Positions 1-17,627 of a DNA stretch of 64,000 nucleotides are shown here, in pieces; position 1 is the stretch's first letter, and every line of letters begins with the position of its first letter. The stretch comes from the human T2T-CHM13v2.0 reference genome, Homo sapiens: NCBI RefSeq assembly GCF_009914755.1, contig NC_060925.1. One strand, 5' to 3'. The translations under genes were made by a program, and so were the position numbers. Under the pieces are notes generated by a model. That model did not search any database. It saw only the letters and a program-made list of their open reading frames with translations, and had not been told where the DNA came from.

Positions 1-339
1 TAAAATTATTAGTTCTAGTCTTACTGACTATTCACGATATTTATGCTTTTGGCACCATTTTTAAAAGATTACTGATGTCATTGCAGCTAGTCAATGAAAA
101 TACCAAATGATAAAATGAGTAGCTAGCATGTATTTATTATGTCCCAGATGCTATGTTAAACTGCTTTAGCTGAATTATCACCCTAGCCCTACGAGGTATT
201 TACAACTGAAATTTATTGCTGTTAAACCATTTGCCAGGAGAACACAGTCGATTTATCTGATTCCAAAACCTGTTTCCTCAATCAATATGATGTTACCATG
301 CCTTGGGATACAGTGATTTAGATGTGGAATCTTAAACAA

Positions 340-1100
340 GTTGGGCCTCCAATTCCTTATTATTTCTACCCTTTCCACTCAACTCTGATGGGCCATTTCT
401 TTCCCCAAGGGGGAAAAAAGGTAGTAAAATAGGAGTACAGAAGTTCTACTTCCTCATTGTTGCTATAAGTTAACCTACCATCATTATTTTCAAGGTGGGG
501 CCTTCCTCTCCCCAGAACTCTTTCTGATCTGAATTTAATGTTTTCTTTAGCATTTTTTTAAAGAGATAGTCTCATTCTGTTGCCTAAGCTGGAGTGCAGT
601 GGCTCAATTGTAGCTCACTGCAGCTTTGACCTCCTAGGCTTAGGTAATCCTCCCACCTAAGCCTCCCAAGCAGCTAGGACCATAGGTACCTACCACCATG
701 CCTGACTAATTTTTAATTTTTTTGTTTGTTTGTTTGTTTTTTGTAGAGATATCGTCTTGTTATGTTGCCCAGGCTGATCTCAAACTCCTGCCTCAAACAG
801 TCTTTCCATCTTGGCTTCCCAAAGCTCCTGGGATTACTGGCATGAACCACCATGCCCAGCCATTCTTTAGCATGTTTATCTTGTTCTGAGCATTAGTCTT
901 CATTCCCAGTGTGTTTTGCTGAGTTACTCCAATACCTTGGGTATGTTGTCATCCTGTCTACTTTTTATCCATGCTTATCAGAAAGCTTGTTGTTTATCCT
1001 AATTTGTCTCAATGAATTCCTTCAGCTTTTCTTCCTCAGAGGGACGATTGCAATGATTGGAATCAAAATGTGCAAAATATTCATTTTCATTGTCTGCCTT
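340..1100 (-). mobile_element. Ancient CR1/L3 LINE ORF2 relic, interrupted by an AluJ (boundaries approximate)
   Basis: The minus strand near 415-455 reads EEVELLYSYFTTFF, resembling the CR1 motif EKAELLNSYFASVF. Confidence 0.5.
554..862 (-). mobile_element. AluJ with (TTTG)n in the linker
   Basis: Alu dimer; TSD ttctttagcat at 543-553 and 863-873. Confidence 0.9.
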
Positions 1101-2117
1101 ACTTCTAATGAAGTCACCATCATGGCATCAGTTATCAAGCTTTTCCATTGAGCCAATAAGAACTAGTGCACTTCAGAAAAAGCCAAGCTTGTCCTGCATT
1201 GTCTAGCCATTCTCTGCTACCTGCATTTGGCAGTAGGACTTTGCTTGGTGATAATGTGTTTCCTCTAGTAAACTCCTCCTGCATTCTCAGGAATTTTCCT
1301 GGGTAGGCAGCACACTTAGAAACTCAAGAAAATGAACCTGCCATGACTACGTCACATAGAAAACTTTCCAAGTTGTTATGGTTCTGATGTGGAGAAGGGA
1401 AAGGACATACAATAGTGGTAAACAACTCAAGTATAGAGTGAGTCAGATGTACAGTGAGTCCACCATAGGTAACGGTGCAAATAGTGCCATTTCTTAAGTT
1501 TTAATTTCCTCAAATGAAAACTGGTATAAGTGTGGGACAATGGGATAATGCATATGTTCCTTACTGTAATTCAAGTGCTCCTTAGCACAGTAGATGTTAA
1601 TATTATTCAACTCCTTAGACCCATGTGAAATTTTGATCAGCTGCCCAACGTCATATCCACAGCTTGTGACTCTTGGTGAAGACACTTACCCACCTTCTAA
1701 AGGCTTTGTGAACTTTCTCCTCATCCTCCAAGTGGTTCACTCTTGTTTACTTTTGAGCACAAAACAGAAGCCAAGTGATTAAAAGACATTGTTTATAGTT
1801 GTAAATATCTTTTGAGACAGTGTCTTTGGGTTTTAAAACCTGGGAGAGAGGAATTAACTCACGAAAGGACTGGTTTCTTCCCACACTTACAAACTTCCAC
1901 TAGCACTCCATTTTTAAAAAAGCCTGAAACTATATGGGAACAAAGAAGTGAAGTGAGCTTGTGCTGCAAATAAAAAGGCAAAGCCAGATCTTCTGCTGTA
2001 GGGTCTCCCTGGGTTGTGGTCATAGTTCTGTTTGGGATTATCACACAGTTTGGGAAAGTCAGTTCAATCCAATGAAAATGATATGAATATAGCTCTGTGC
2101 CATGAATCCAAAAACAT

Positions 2118-2614
2118 TGTATTAGTTTCTGTTACTGCTGTAACAAGTTAATTACCACAAATTTAGCAGCTTTAAACAGCACGCATTGATTACAACACAA
2201 ATTTATGTTCTGGTGGCCAGAAGTCCAAAAATCAGTGTCCCTGAGTGAAAAATGAAGGCTGTTGCTTGATTTCAAAATCCAGAACTGCATTCTTTCTGTA
2301 ATTTGTGGCCCTTCTTCCATTTTCAAGGCCAGCAATGTAGCATCTTCAATTCTAGCTCCTTCTCTCATTCTCTCTCTGACCTCTGCTCCATGGTCACGTC
2401 TCCTTCTCTGACTCTGACTCTCCTGCCTCCCTCCTTCACTTATAAGGACCCTTGTGATTACATTGAGCCCGTCCAGATAACCAGGATAATCTCATCTCAA
2501 GATACTTAATTTCACATGTGCAAAGTCCCTTTTGCCATTGTAAGGTACCATATTTATGAAATTTCTGGGATTAGAATGTGGACATCTTCAGGAGCCATTA
2601 TTTTGTCTACCACA
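2118..2614 (-). mobile_element. MLT1D-like MaLR solo LTR
   Basis: tgtattagtttc...ctaccaca termini and typical MLT1 internal motifs. Confidence 0.8.
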
Positions 2615-3612
2615 GGTGTGGATTATATGTTCTTTCCATAGTCATAGGGCACAGATATTATCAGACCCAGTTTATATTTTGCAGTCAAGACTTCTAATGG
2701 GACAAGTTGGCATTCAGAGAAGCTGAAGTTAATAAAATAAAAAGCAGGTATCAGCATGCACTTTATCACATCACCAAGAGAATCAAAACAGTATGATAGT
2801 AAATTTGACTTCTTGTCGTGTTGAATTCTTCTTTCAGTGTTATGTTATCAGAAAGAGGCAGTACTGTTATAATGTAATTTATATAGTGCCTTCCCCTGAG
2901 TGATGAACAGAATATTCCTTAGTATCCTCAGAGAATTAGTCTCTCTATCTCTTTTTATCCCCGCTCAGGCACTCCAGCAATATAATATCCAGCAATATAA
3001 TATCTGTGTGCAAGAAATAAACCAGAGTCACTAAATTTAAGGATGTTCACTTAAAGAAATTCCTTTTGGAGTTTCTTTTTTTTAAATGTCATTTGAAAAT
3101 GCTCTTCTCTGGGTACAATAGAGCCACTGACCCACATTAGATTAATTAGGTCAATTAGCCTTTACATAGTAATTACCACTCAGATAGCTTTGAATAATAT
3201 CCTTTTAATGCACACGTTCTTTGAAAAGAGGTTTCCAATTTAAATTCCTGCCACATAATAGCATTAAGAAAACATGCACCTCGCAATTCTTTCTGCAATG
3301 TGGTTTTGGGTATAGCAATGATATTGGGTAGATAAAGCTTAAGGACTTTGCGTTGATTAGTTGATTATTCACATTTACATGTTGTTAAAAGCTACATGGG
3401 TATTTTCCATTTGGAGAGGCTGTTGGTAACCCAGAATGCCAGGCCTAACTGAGAGTAACTACCTTTCTTCCTCTAACCTGTCAATATCAATTCCCACATT
3501 TTAGATTCATTCTGGTCCCAGTAGCTAACTGTGGACTCCTACCAGCCATCAGGACTATTTGAAGTTTTTCGCCGTCTGCTTCTCTCCAACAACATCCCTA
3601 TATTTTATCTTA

Positions 3613-3900
3613 ATAATGACAATAGCTACCACTTAATGATATTTGCTAGGTTCTAGGCATTTCTCATTCATTACTCCTAATTGTTACCTTATTATTCCTA
3701 ATAGTTAACTTACTAACAAATATTTGTTGAGCTATTTTCTCCATATACTAGAGAGAGAGCCAAGTGAAAATCCTTATCTTCATGTAACAGTTAAAGAAAG
3801 TGAGACTTAGAGGAGTTAAGTGACTAGCCCAAGGCCCTGTAGTGCATGGGTACAGGCAAAGCTCAGAGTCTGCCAGGCTCAACAGCATGGCTCAGCCCAC
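3613..3900 (-). mobile_element. MIR remnant
   Basis: Core motif gaaagtgagacttagaggagttaagtgactagcccaagg. Confidence 0.6.
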
Positions 3901-4120
3901 CCCACCAGGCTGCTCCAGTTGGGGCACCGGAACTGCTGTCTGATTTTGTTGCAATGTTTGAAAACCCATTCAACTATTTAGGGCATAGGATTATCACTGA
4001 TGTCAGAACTATCAAGAAAAATTAGGAATTTTTCTTTAGAAATGAGGTCAAGGAGAAATAGAAAACTCAAAATTTCTTAGAACACAGGTTCTACTATTAG
4101 TAATTAAAGGCTTTAATTTT

Positions 4121-4447
<327 letters not shown>

Positions 4448-4865
4448 TGATGCACATAGAAAACTTAGCACAAGAAAGTTGATGTACTACTGAAGTGAAT
4501 ACACATAAATGAAATCAGAGGTAGTTCTAGGTGCATCCCTTCTGCTTTCTCTTAGTCCCTGATGCTTAGATCAGACAAAGGCAATGCTAAATTGTCAGTT
4601 GTGCACTCTCATTAATGTGTTTCAAAGTCTTTCATTTCACCTAACACTGAACAGAAAAGGCTGTGAGTAAATTTAGGCTATGGATGAGAGCTGGACATTT
4701 GGATGGTCTGGAATATGGAGATAATTTTGTTTTTGTTTGTTTTTGTTTGTTTTTGTTTTTTTCAAGGTTGAAAGCTTCAGAGTGCAGGGATCAGAAAGCT
4801 TCATATTGGAAATATAAAAATGGTACATTTCTGGAGAGCAATTTGATAATTTGTTTCAATAATTT

Positions 4866-5153
<288 letters not shown>

Positions 5154-5373
5154 TTGTTTCAATAATTTAAATGTGAATTTCTAACAAAAAGCAAATAAAG
5201 CTGTAGGTATAAGCATGCTTATTACAACATTGGTTATAACCAAAAACTGCAAATAATCTAAATATGTATCAATAAGGTAGTCATTAAATAAGTGGGCACA
5301 TCCATGAATGTATTACATGAAAAACGATTATGTATATCAATACATTTATATTGTATTGTTAAAATTAAAGATT

Positions 5374-5671
5374 AGCCAGGCGCGGTGGCTCACGCCTGTA
5401 ATCCCAACACTTTGGGAGGCCGAGGCGGGCGGATCACAAGGTCAGGAGTTCGAGACCAGCCTGATCAACATGGTGAAACCCCGTCTCTACTAAAAATACA
5501 AAAATTAGCCGGGCCTGGTGGTGTGCACTATAATCCCAGCTACTCAGGAGGCGGAAGCAGGAGAATCACTTTCAATAATTGAAACAGGGAGGCAGAGGTT
5601 GCGATGAGCTAAGATCATGCCACTGCACTCCAGCCTGGGTGACAGAGTGAGACTCCATCTCAAAAAAAAAA
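5374..5671 (+). mobile_element. AluS (Sg-like) with a 9-nt internal insertion
   Basis: Alu dimer with poly(A); TSD aaaattaaagatta / aaaattgaagatta. Confidence 0.92.
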
Positions 5672-6166
5672 TTGAAGATTAATAAACAAATTATAATTCT
5701 ACTTTAAAGTGTGTTTATGTTATCTGGATGGCCGTATGCCAAAATATGTTAACTGTGATCATCACCAAGTAGTGGGATTGATGATGATTTTAACTTCTTT
5801 GTACATTTCTTTATTATCTGAAATTTCTTCTTTTATTCTCTTTTATCTCTATTTCCCATGAAGATCACCCAATACCTCCTCCCCCAAAACATACGCACAT
5901 TATTCTAATGCATTTTATGTAAATCTTTCAGCTTGTATGTATTTCTACAAAACGCATTTTTGTAATTTAGGTATTTGTATGTAGGTATTTGTATGTAGGT
6001 ATTTAGATTTACTTAGATAGTATGACATCCTGTTCCTTACATTTTTACATAGTACTATGATTTTTAGATCTATGTTGCTATGTGTATACCTAGTCTACTG
6101 CATAGAACTGCTGAATTGTTTTATAATAAAGGCATTATGAACTCTAAGCATGTGCTACCTTCATAA

Positions 6167-6484
<318 letters not shown>

Positions 6485-7831
6485 TAAAGCTATTTTTATT
6501 GTGGAAAAAAGAAAGAAAACTATCCTTCTTTAAACCTAAAAGCATACATAAAGTTGCAAATTATTGCACATAATTTTGTCAATGGAATTATCCAAATGAA
6601 GAAATATTTATTACAGTGGAGATTCTGTTTTACCAAGCATCTCTACATTTAAAAAGTATTTAGATATATGGAACTCTTTTCTATAAATACATAAAATTCA
6701 GAGAAAAGAGAATATTTATTTCTATGTAGACTAAAATGCTTGACTTATTTTAGAAGGCAAAAATTTCAAAAGACAAAGTTATTTTGAAAGTTAAAAGAAG
6801 TGAAAGAAATTATTACAGGGTGTGCTCACTATATATTAAAAATGAAATTAAAATCATTTAAAATAAAAGAAATATGATATTGTAATGCAAACAGAAATTA
6901 AGGAAAATCCCAAAAGGATAGGAAGCAGTTGATGGACAGCACAGGAATATGAAAAGACAGAGGAAGCAATAAAGCCTATTGGGAAAAACTGAAATTTATA
7001 TATTGAAAGTTCATAATTTTTAACATAAAAATCTAATAATAACTGCTAATCCCTTTCCTTTCTTTAAACTTTAATTTAAGGATAAAAATAGAACTTCAAG
7101 AGTAACTTTATTCAGTCATATTTTTATAACATAGATATCAAATACTCTCAGTAAAGATTTGTGTTTAACTTTCAAACTTTTCTTCAAAACAATATCATAT
7201 TCCTAGGTGAGAGGTATGAAAGAAAATCACATTTCACTATATACTGTGAGAGGAAATGGCAAGATGAGAGTCATATTTCAAAGCAGATGTTACTGAAGTA
7301 TTGCAAGTCAAGTAAAGGTCACAAAAAGCTTTCTTCTCTTTCTTATTTAGGCTAGTTTTTACTGATAACAGTGGAGAAGGTTTATAACACAGCATTGGAA
7401 GACAATACCAACTTGCCCTTACTAAAGAGTATTTTGTTGAAAACAGGGCCTCCTTTTTCTACCCCTCTCCTGAATATTGGGTTTCAGAATGGAGTCATTG
7501 ACCTAGGAAAAATAAACAAATAGTCTTCAGGGACCCAGAGCCAGGTCAGAAAAACAAATTAAAGTACAGAAGCTTAAGTGTGAAAACAAACAAAAACCCC
7601 ACAAAATAGTGATTTGGGAGTCCAGGGCCAAATGGGAAGAAGGACTGAGGGGAAAGGCCCCACACAATGACCAGATTATCTAGGGAGAAGGTCACAGCAG
7701 TCTTGCTTTCTCTGGAAACTCGAGTTAAACCAGAAACCAAGACTGTAGGATGTGCCTTGAGTAAGAGCTCTCTTGAATTTACTTATGAGTTGATGTAACT
7801 TTAAAGATGCAGTCAGCATTTTATTTATTTT

Positions 7832-8052
7832 TAGGCAGAATGGCATAATGGTTGTGCTGAAGAATCTTGAATCTCACAAAGTTCAAACTTTGTAACCTTT
7901 GGCAGTTTATTTAGCTTCCTCATCTACAGAATATATACATAGTAAGAGAATTCACCTTATAGCATTACTAAAAGGATTAAACAAAATAGGCCTTCTAAAC
8001 AGCTTAGGACAAGTTCTGGCACATAGCATGTATTCAGTAAATGTTAGCTAGT
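7832..8052 (+). mobile_element. MIR
   Basis: cttcctcatctaca core and ctggcacatag...cagtaaatgttagcta 3' end. Confidence 0.7.
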
Positions 8053-8506
8053 GCTGGTAGAATTACCATTTGAGCATCTATCTGCCTGAGACTGATATCT
8101 GAATTTATATACCAATTAAAATTGTTATGTTGTAATGTTTTGATATATCATATTAAATCTAAAGAAGACTTTATTTACTAATATTAAGATATGAAACTTG
8201 CACAGATCTATCACTATTGATAATAGAGGGTACAAATCTTAGTCCACAAACTCAAGTATACAAGAAATGTTTTAATTTCTATTTCAAGCCCCCATTACAC
8301 CCGATGCTAGAAAAATAATCTCAGTCAACTCGAGGTTCCCACTCCCAAACCCAGTTGCATTGGGATTGCATATATGTTCTGGGGGCTATCATCTGTTGTT
8401 AGTTGTCAACATCTGACCATGCTACTATCTGTTGAGACTTATGTTCTAGCTGCCAGTCCACAAAGCTGACAGTTTTGTCCTCCTTGTATTGGACACCAGT
8501 TTCTGT

Positions 8507-9498
8507 TGTAGCAGGACAAGCCACAGACAAAACCCCTCAGACACTGAGTTAAAGAAAGATGGGCTATTGTGAATAATGCCGCAATAAACATACGTGTGCA
8601 TGTGTCTTTATAGCAGCATGATTTATAGTCCTTTGGGTATATACCCAGTAATGGGATAGCTGGGTCAAATGGTATTTCTAGTTCTAGATCCCAAGAAAAT
8701 GTGGCACATATACACCATGGAATACTATGCAGCCATAAAAAATGATGAGTTCATGTCCTTTGTAGGGACATGGATGAAATTGGAAATCATCATTCTCAGT
8801 AAACTATCGCAAGAACAAAAAACCAAACACCGCATATTCTCACTCATAGGTGGGAATTGAACAATGAGATCACATGGACACAGGAAGGGGAATATCACAC
8901 TCTGGGGACTGTGGTGGGGTGGGGGGAAGGGGGAGGGATAGCATTGGGAGATATACCTAATGCTAGATGACGAGTTAGTGGGTGCAGCACACCAGCATGG
9001 CACATGTATAATGTATACATATGTAACTAACCTGCACAATGTGCACATGTACCCTAAAACTTAAGTATAATTTAAAAAAAAAAAAAAAGAAAGAAGGGCT
9101 TTATTCAGCCAGGAGCTTCGGCAAGACTCACGTCTCCAACAACCAAGCTCCCTGAGTGAGCAATTCTTGTCCCTTTTAAGGGCTCCCAACTCTAAGGGGG
9201 TCTGTGTGAGAGGGTCGTGATCAATTGAGCAAGCAGGGGGTACATGACTGCGGGCTGAATGCACTGGTAATTAGAATGGAACAGAACAGGACAGGGATTT
9301 TCACAGTGCTTTTCTATACAATGTCTGTAATCTATAGATAACATAACTGATTAGGTCAGGGGTCGATCTTTAACTACCAGGCCCAGGGTGTGGCGCTGGG
9401 CTGTCTGCTTCTGGATTTCATTTCTGCCTTTTAGTTTTTACTTCTTTCTTTGGAGGCAGAAATTGGGCATAAGACAGTATGAGGGGTGGTCTCCCTTA
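8507..9498 (-). mobile_element. LTR2/LTR2B-type (HERV-E/Harlequin, ERV1) solo LTR, split by an L1
   Basis: tgtagcaggac...ggtggtctccctta termini; 4-bp TSD ctgt at 8503-8506 and 9499-9502. Confidence 0.85.
8565..9088 (+). mobile_element. 5'-truncated, 5'-inverted L1PA2 (inverted part 8565-8692, sense part 8693-9088)
   Basis: L1 3'UTR with GAGATCACATGG and the GAG (not ACA/ACG) diagnostic, then poly(A). TSD aaagaaagatgggct / aaagaaagaagggct. Confidence 0.92.
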
Positions 9499-12164
9499 CT
9501 GTAACTTTTGGGAGAGTGATAAAATTAGTGAGACACTAAAAGTCCCTACCCCATCCCTCTACTAGCCTCTGGCTTATGGGGAATGATCTGCTGCTCCTCC
9601 GACCATTATGCTGGGGCACAAAGGTGCTCTGTGAAGCTATTTCAGTCTCCCTTTGTAAGTCTAACATACCATATTGCCATCTCTACTATATTGTTCCTGG
9701 GCTAGCATAGGGTGAACTCTGGGGGTGAGCTCTAGCATAGGGTGAACATAGGGTGAACTCCAGATTAAATAGAAAAAATGATGGTCCTTCTGTTCTTGAA
9801 TTCCCCAAAATTATGCAAAGGGAGATGTTCTACTATCCCTTAAACTTGTACCCCACCCCACCCTCAGAATCAATCCAGGAGAAAGCTGGGCACAGGTCCT
9901 TTTTCAGGTACCCAGCATCTAGGCTCTTTTCTTTTCCTCTGACTTCTCTCCTTTTCCACAAGTCTAGAGAGTCTTCAGTCTTGGGAACAGGAAAAACTGG
10001 CTTTGACCTGTCAGGCATTTTTCTAATTGTTTTGTCTCAAGGCTGAATCTTGGCTTTTAAAATTTTTAAAAATCAAAGATTTGAAAACTCTTCCAAAAGG
10101 AATGTCTAGTTCATAGTCTAGCTGCCTCAATGAGTAAAGTCACAGGGAAAAAAATAAACAAACAAAACAACCAAAAATACTGATTAATATCTCAAAATAC
10201 ATCAAAATAAGAAGGCATATCTGTTTTTTCTTTTTATCTAAAACTACATTTTAAATACATATAAGTAAAATACTTTGATTTTCAAAAATAAATAGTCTTC
10301 CAAGTAAAATATTTTCTGCTAGTTAAAAACATGAATTTCATCATGTATTATTGAGAAGTGCTGGATTTTATAATTCCTTTCAGCCCAAATTGCAAATATC
10401 AACTATACCCATTACATGCATGCAGATGGTTCTAATATCAGCTTGCCAGCGAGGATTTCTTAGTGTTTTCAGTTCCTATCCTTGCCTCTTTATCTCCTTC
10501 TACAATCTGCTGGTCAATCTGTTCCTCAGTGACTTCTTGTTACTCTCCAAATTTACTGCATCCTCTTTCTAAAATCTACTATCCAAAAGAATGTGTAGCT
10601 TTTCTTTTTGTAAAATTTGACCATGTCTGCATGTTATCTCCTTAAGAATTTTAGACACAATACATCTTCTGTGGAGTCCAGAGAAAACTTGAAAACAGAG
10701 ACATTTGGTAATATAATTTGATGGTGGTGATATTAATTTTTAAAGCTCTTGATAATTTCAAAGATCCATATATTTGTATTGCATTTTGATCACTGTTACC
10801 TAGGTCATCAATGAGCCCCCTTGAAATACAATACAGCCATATTTATCTCTCTAGGACTTCTTCATGATACAATGGGTAACAGATAGCAACTCTTCAATCA
10901 CCATTAAATGAAAGAACAATAAGATAGTTGGCTGTTTTCAAACAATAATGCATAGCGAGACTGTTCTACTCTGTCACATACCATATACTGTATGTCCACT
11001 ATATTTCAAAAGTGTAAGTGTAAGTGTAGCAACAATTATGGGTAACAATGTGTTTAGAATTGGATTATTATAAGTCCATAGCAGAAAAGAGTTCCTTAAC
11101 ACATTTAAGGAAGAAGACAGTAAAGTACATTTTACATTTCTGAACAAAAGATAAAAACTTTAAAAAAAGTGAGCATTGAGATATAACCCTCAACATTAGG
11201 AATTGAAGTAGGAAAAGCAATAAACCAACCTGGGTTCCAGTTCTCGTTCTACAAATTACTTGCAGAGAAACTACAGGCAAGGCATTTAATATTCTAGGGG
11301 GCTGTTTTCCCTTCTATAAGCTGAAATTTTGAACTAGAATCTCTAAGGTTCTTTCATTGTACCATTCAATTATTTCCCTTGTTTAAAAACATGTCAGATA
11401 ACAGAAAGAATAAAATTACAGAAATTTTAAAAAATGCAGAGTAAATCAGTCATGTAAAAAATTGTGGTAAAACCATTTTAACTTTAAAATTGCTTTTCTA
11501 GTTTCTAAATGGTAAAAGGTTTACGTTTCCAAACTGATCAATATAGAAACTTAAAAAAAATACTTTATTATGTATATAATTTCTAAATAATTGAAGCCAT
11601 CTACTGTCATAAGGAGGTACTTCAGGCAAAATACTGTCAGCTTAATTTTAATTCCTTTTTAAAGTAAAAATGTTATAGCTACAACACACAATACGCAAGT
11701 GCAGGTTTATGCACATTTTTCTAAATCTTTCAGAATAGAATATTACCAGGTTTTTTTTTTTTTTTGGTTTGTTTCCATTTTGTTTTGCTAAAGTACGTAG
11801 GAATTTTTAAGGTGTATGTTAGTTTATGGAAAGGTTTCCAGACTGAAACAAAGATTGTTCTTTTGAATTATCTGCTTTTATTATGTTAATTAAAACAAAA
11901 CTTTATAGAGCATCTAAGTGCCTCTCAAGCTACATAAAAAGAATACCCAGTTGATGCATTGGAATTATAAAGATAATTTACACAGTTGGTAAAGGAAACA
12001 GCCTATACTGAAAGGCAATTAAACAAGAGCTATATTACATTATATTTAAAATAGGAAATGTATGTGCAGAAAACCAAGTAATCATCATTACTCTTATATT
12101 TGTCTCCTGGAATGGATTCTCTTAAAATTCTGATAGTGCCTACTTTCCTTTCCTTTCCACCTTA

Positions 12165-12326
12165 AACAAGTGCTTCTTACACTTTGGTGTGTACATCATC
12201 ACCTGGGGATCTTGTTAAAATGCAGATTCTTACTCAGAAAGCCTGGGGTGTGGCCTGAGATGCTGAGCTTCTAACCAGCTCCCAGGGGTTTCCCGTGTTA
12301 CTAGTCTTCAGATTGAGTGGCAAGGC
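12165..12326. mobile_element. MER5-family hAT-Charlie MITE
   Basis: Motif atcacctggggatcttgttaaaatgcagattct. Confidence 0.7.
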
Positions 12327-13233
12327 CCTTAACTATGGGCAGCCAGGAGTTGAAATGACAAAAGATAAGAAGTGCCAGGGTTTTCCTTTTTGTTTTGTTC
12401 TACGACCTATTCAAAACCCAGACTGAAATTCTTAGCTTATTTACTTAGCGTAATTCTTAGCTTAGTTACTTTTCCATGCTTTTACTTCCTTCTCACTGGT
12501 ACCTACTCTATTCCCACAAAAGAAAAGTTCTTAAATATACATACCTGTTATTATCTAGCATGCCATAGGTAATACTATCCATGTGACCCATAGGCTAAGG
12601 GTCCTCAAAGAATGGTTCCCTACTGTGCTTGACGAGAATGTTTTCTAGAAATAGGGTCATGGTAAAAAGACTCTGAATGACTCTACTAAGGGGTAAATTG
12701 TGCCAAAACTTAAAACAGTGAATAATTCTGCAATCATTTCAATTTGGCTTTAGAATTTATTATAATAGAATTTGCAGGAGATTTATTTATTAATTACTTT
12801 TTACTTAAGGTAATAAAATATATTTGTATGCCCTGACCATACACCAACTAACAGTGTTGGAGAGGAGGAGATGAAGAGAGGAGGATCTGCCTGAAAGCAC
12901 GAGGAAGTATATGTAGGAGGGTAGTCTGGGATAAATTCTTTTATGAATAATACACCTGTGGAAAGTCAAGATTTCATCTGTCAAGTTCTAATGCAACCAA
13001 AATAATACAAATGGACATTGTATTATTTTCCCCCTTCTCAATGGATTATTTAAAGTGCTGTTAAGAATGTTTTGGGGGTACAAATATCTACCATATGTTG
13101 AACCCATACTATGTATCCACATCTAAACTAAGACATCTCTATGCAGTGGCTTAGTAAGTTCTCACTATGTATCTATGTGGTAGGTGCCATTATGCCAATA
13201 AGATAGGAAAATATAGCCTATCGAGGAAATTTT

Positions 13234-17301
<4,068 letters not shown>

Positions 17302-17627
17302 TCGAGGAAATTTTTAATTGGGAAACCTTTTGAAAAAATTTAACCCAACTGTGAGTTTTGTGAAAAGCTCCATTGTATGGTTTATCCTATATGAATAAAT
17401 ATATCCAATATATTTAAAACTTAAGGATAGGAAAACTTAGGGTTATTATTCATTTCATGAAAAGAATAGCCAGTGATTGGAGTTAAGTGGCTAGTATACG
17501 TAACAGGGATTTTTTGAGTTACATATATTTAATGTACATATAATTTTCCAGGTAAACACTTGCAAAAAGTTTGGCATGTCTACAATAACGCTGTTAATTT
17601 TCTATTCATTTTGATTACTTAGGAGAT

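Noticed and set aside
909-2044. Short ORFs suggesting a small gene
   Set aside because: They show no recognisable homology, partly overlap a CR1/L3 relic, and have lengths expected by chance.
5968-6004. 14-bp tandem repeat TAGGTATTTGTATG x2.6
   Set aside because: An ordinary slippage duplication with no supporting context.
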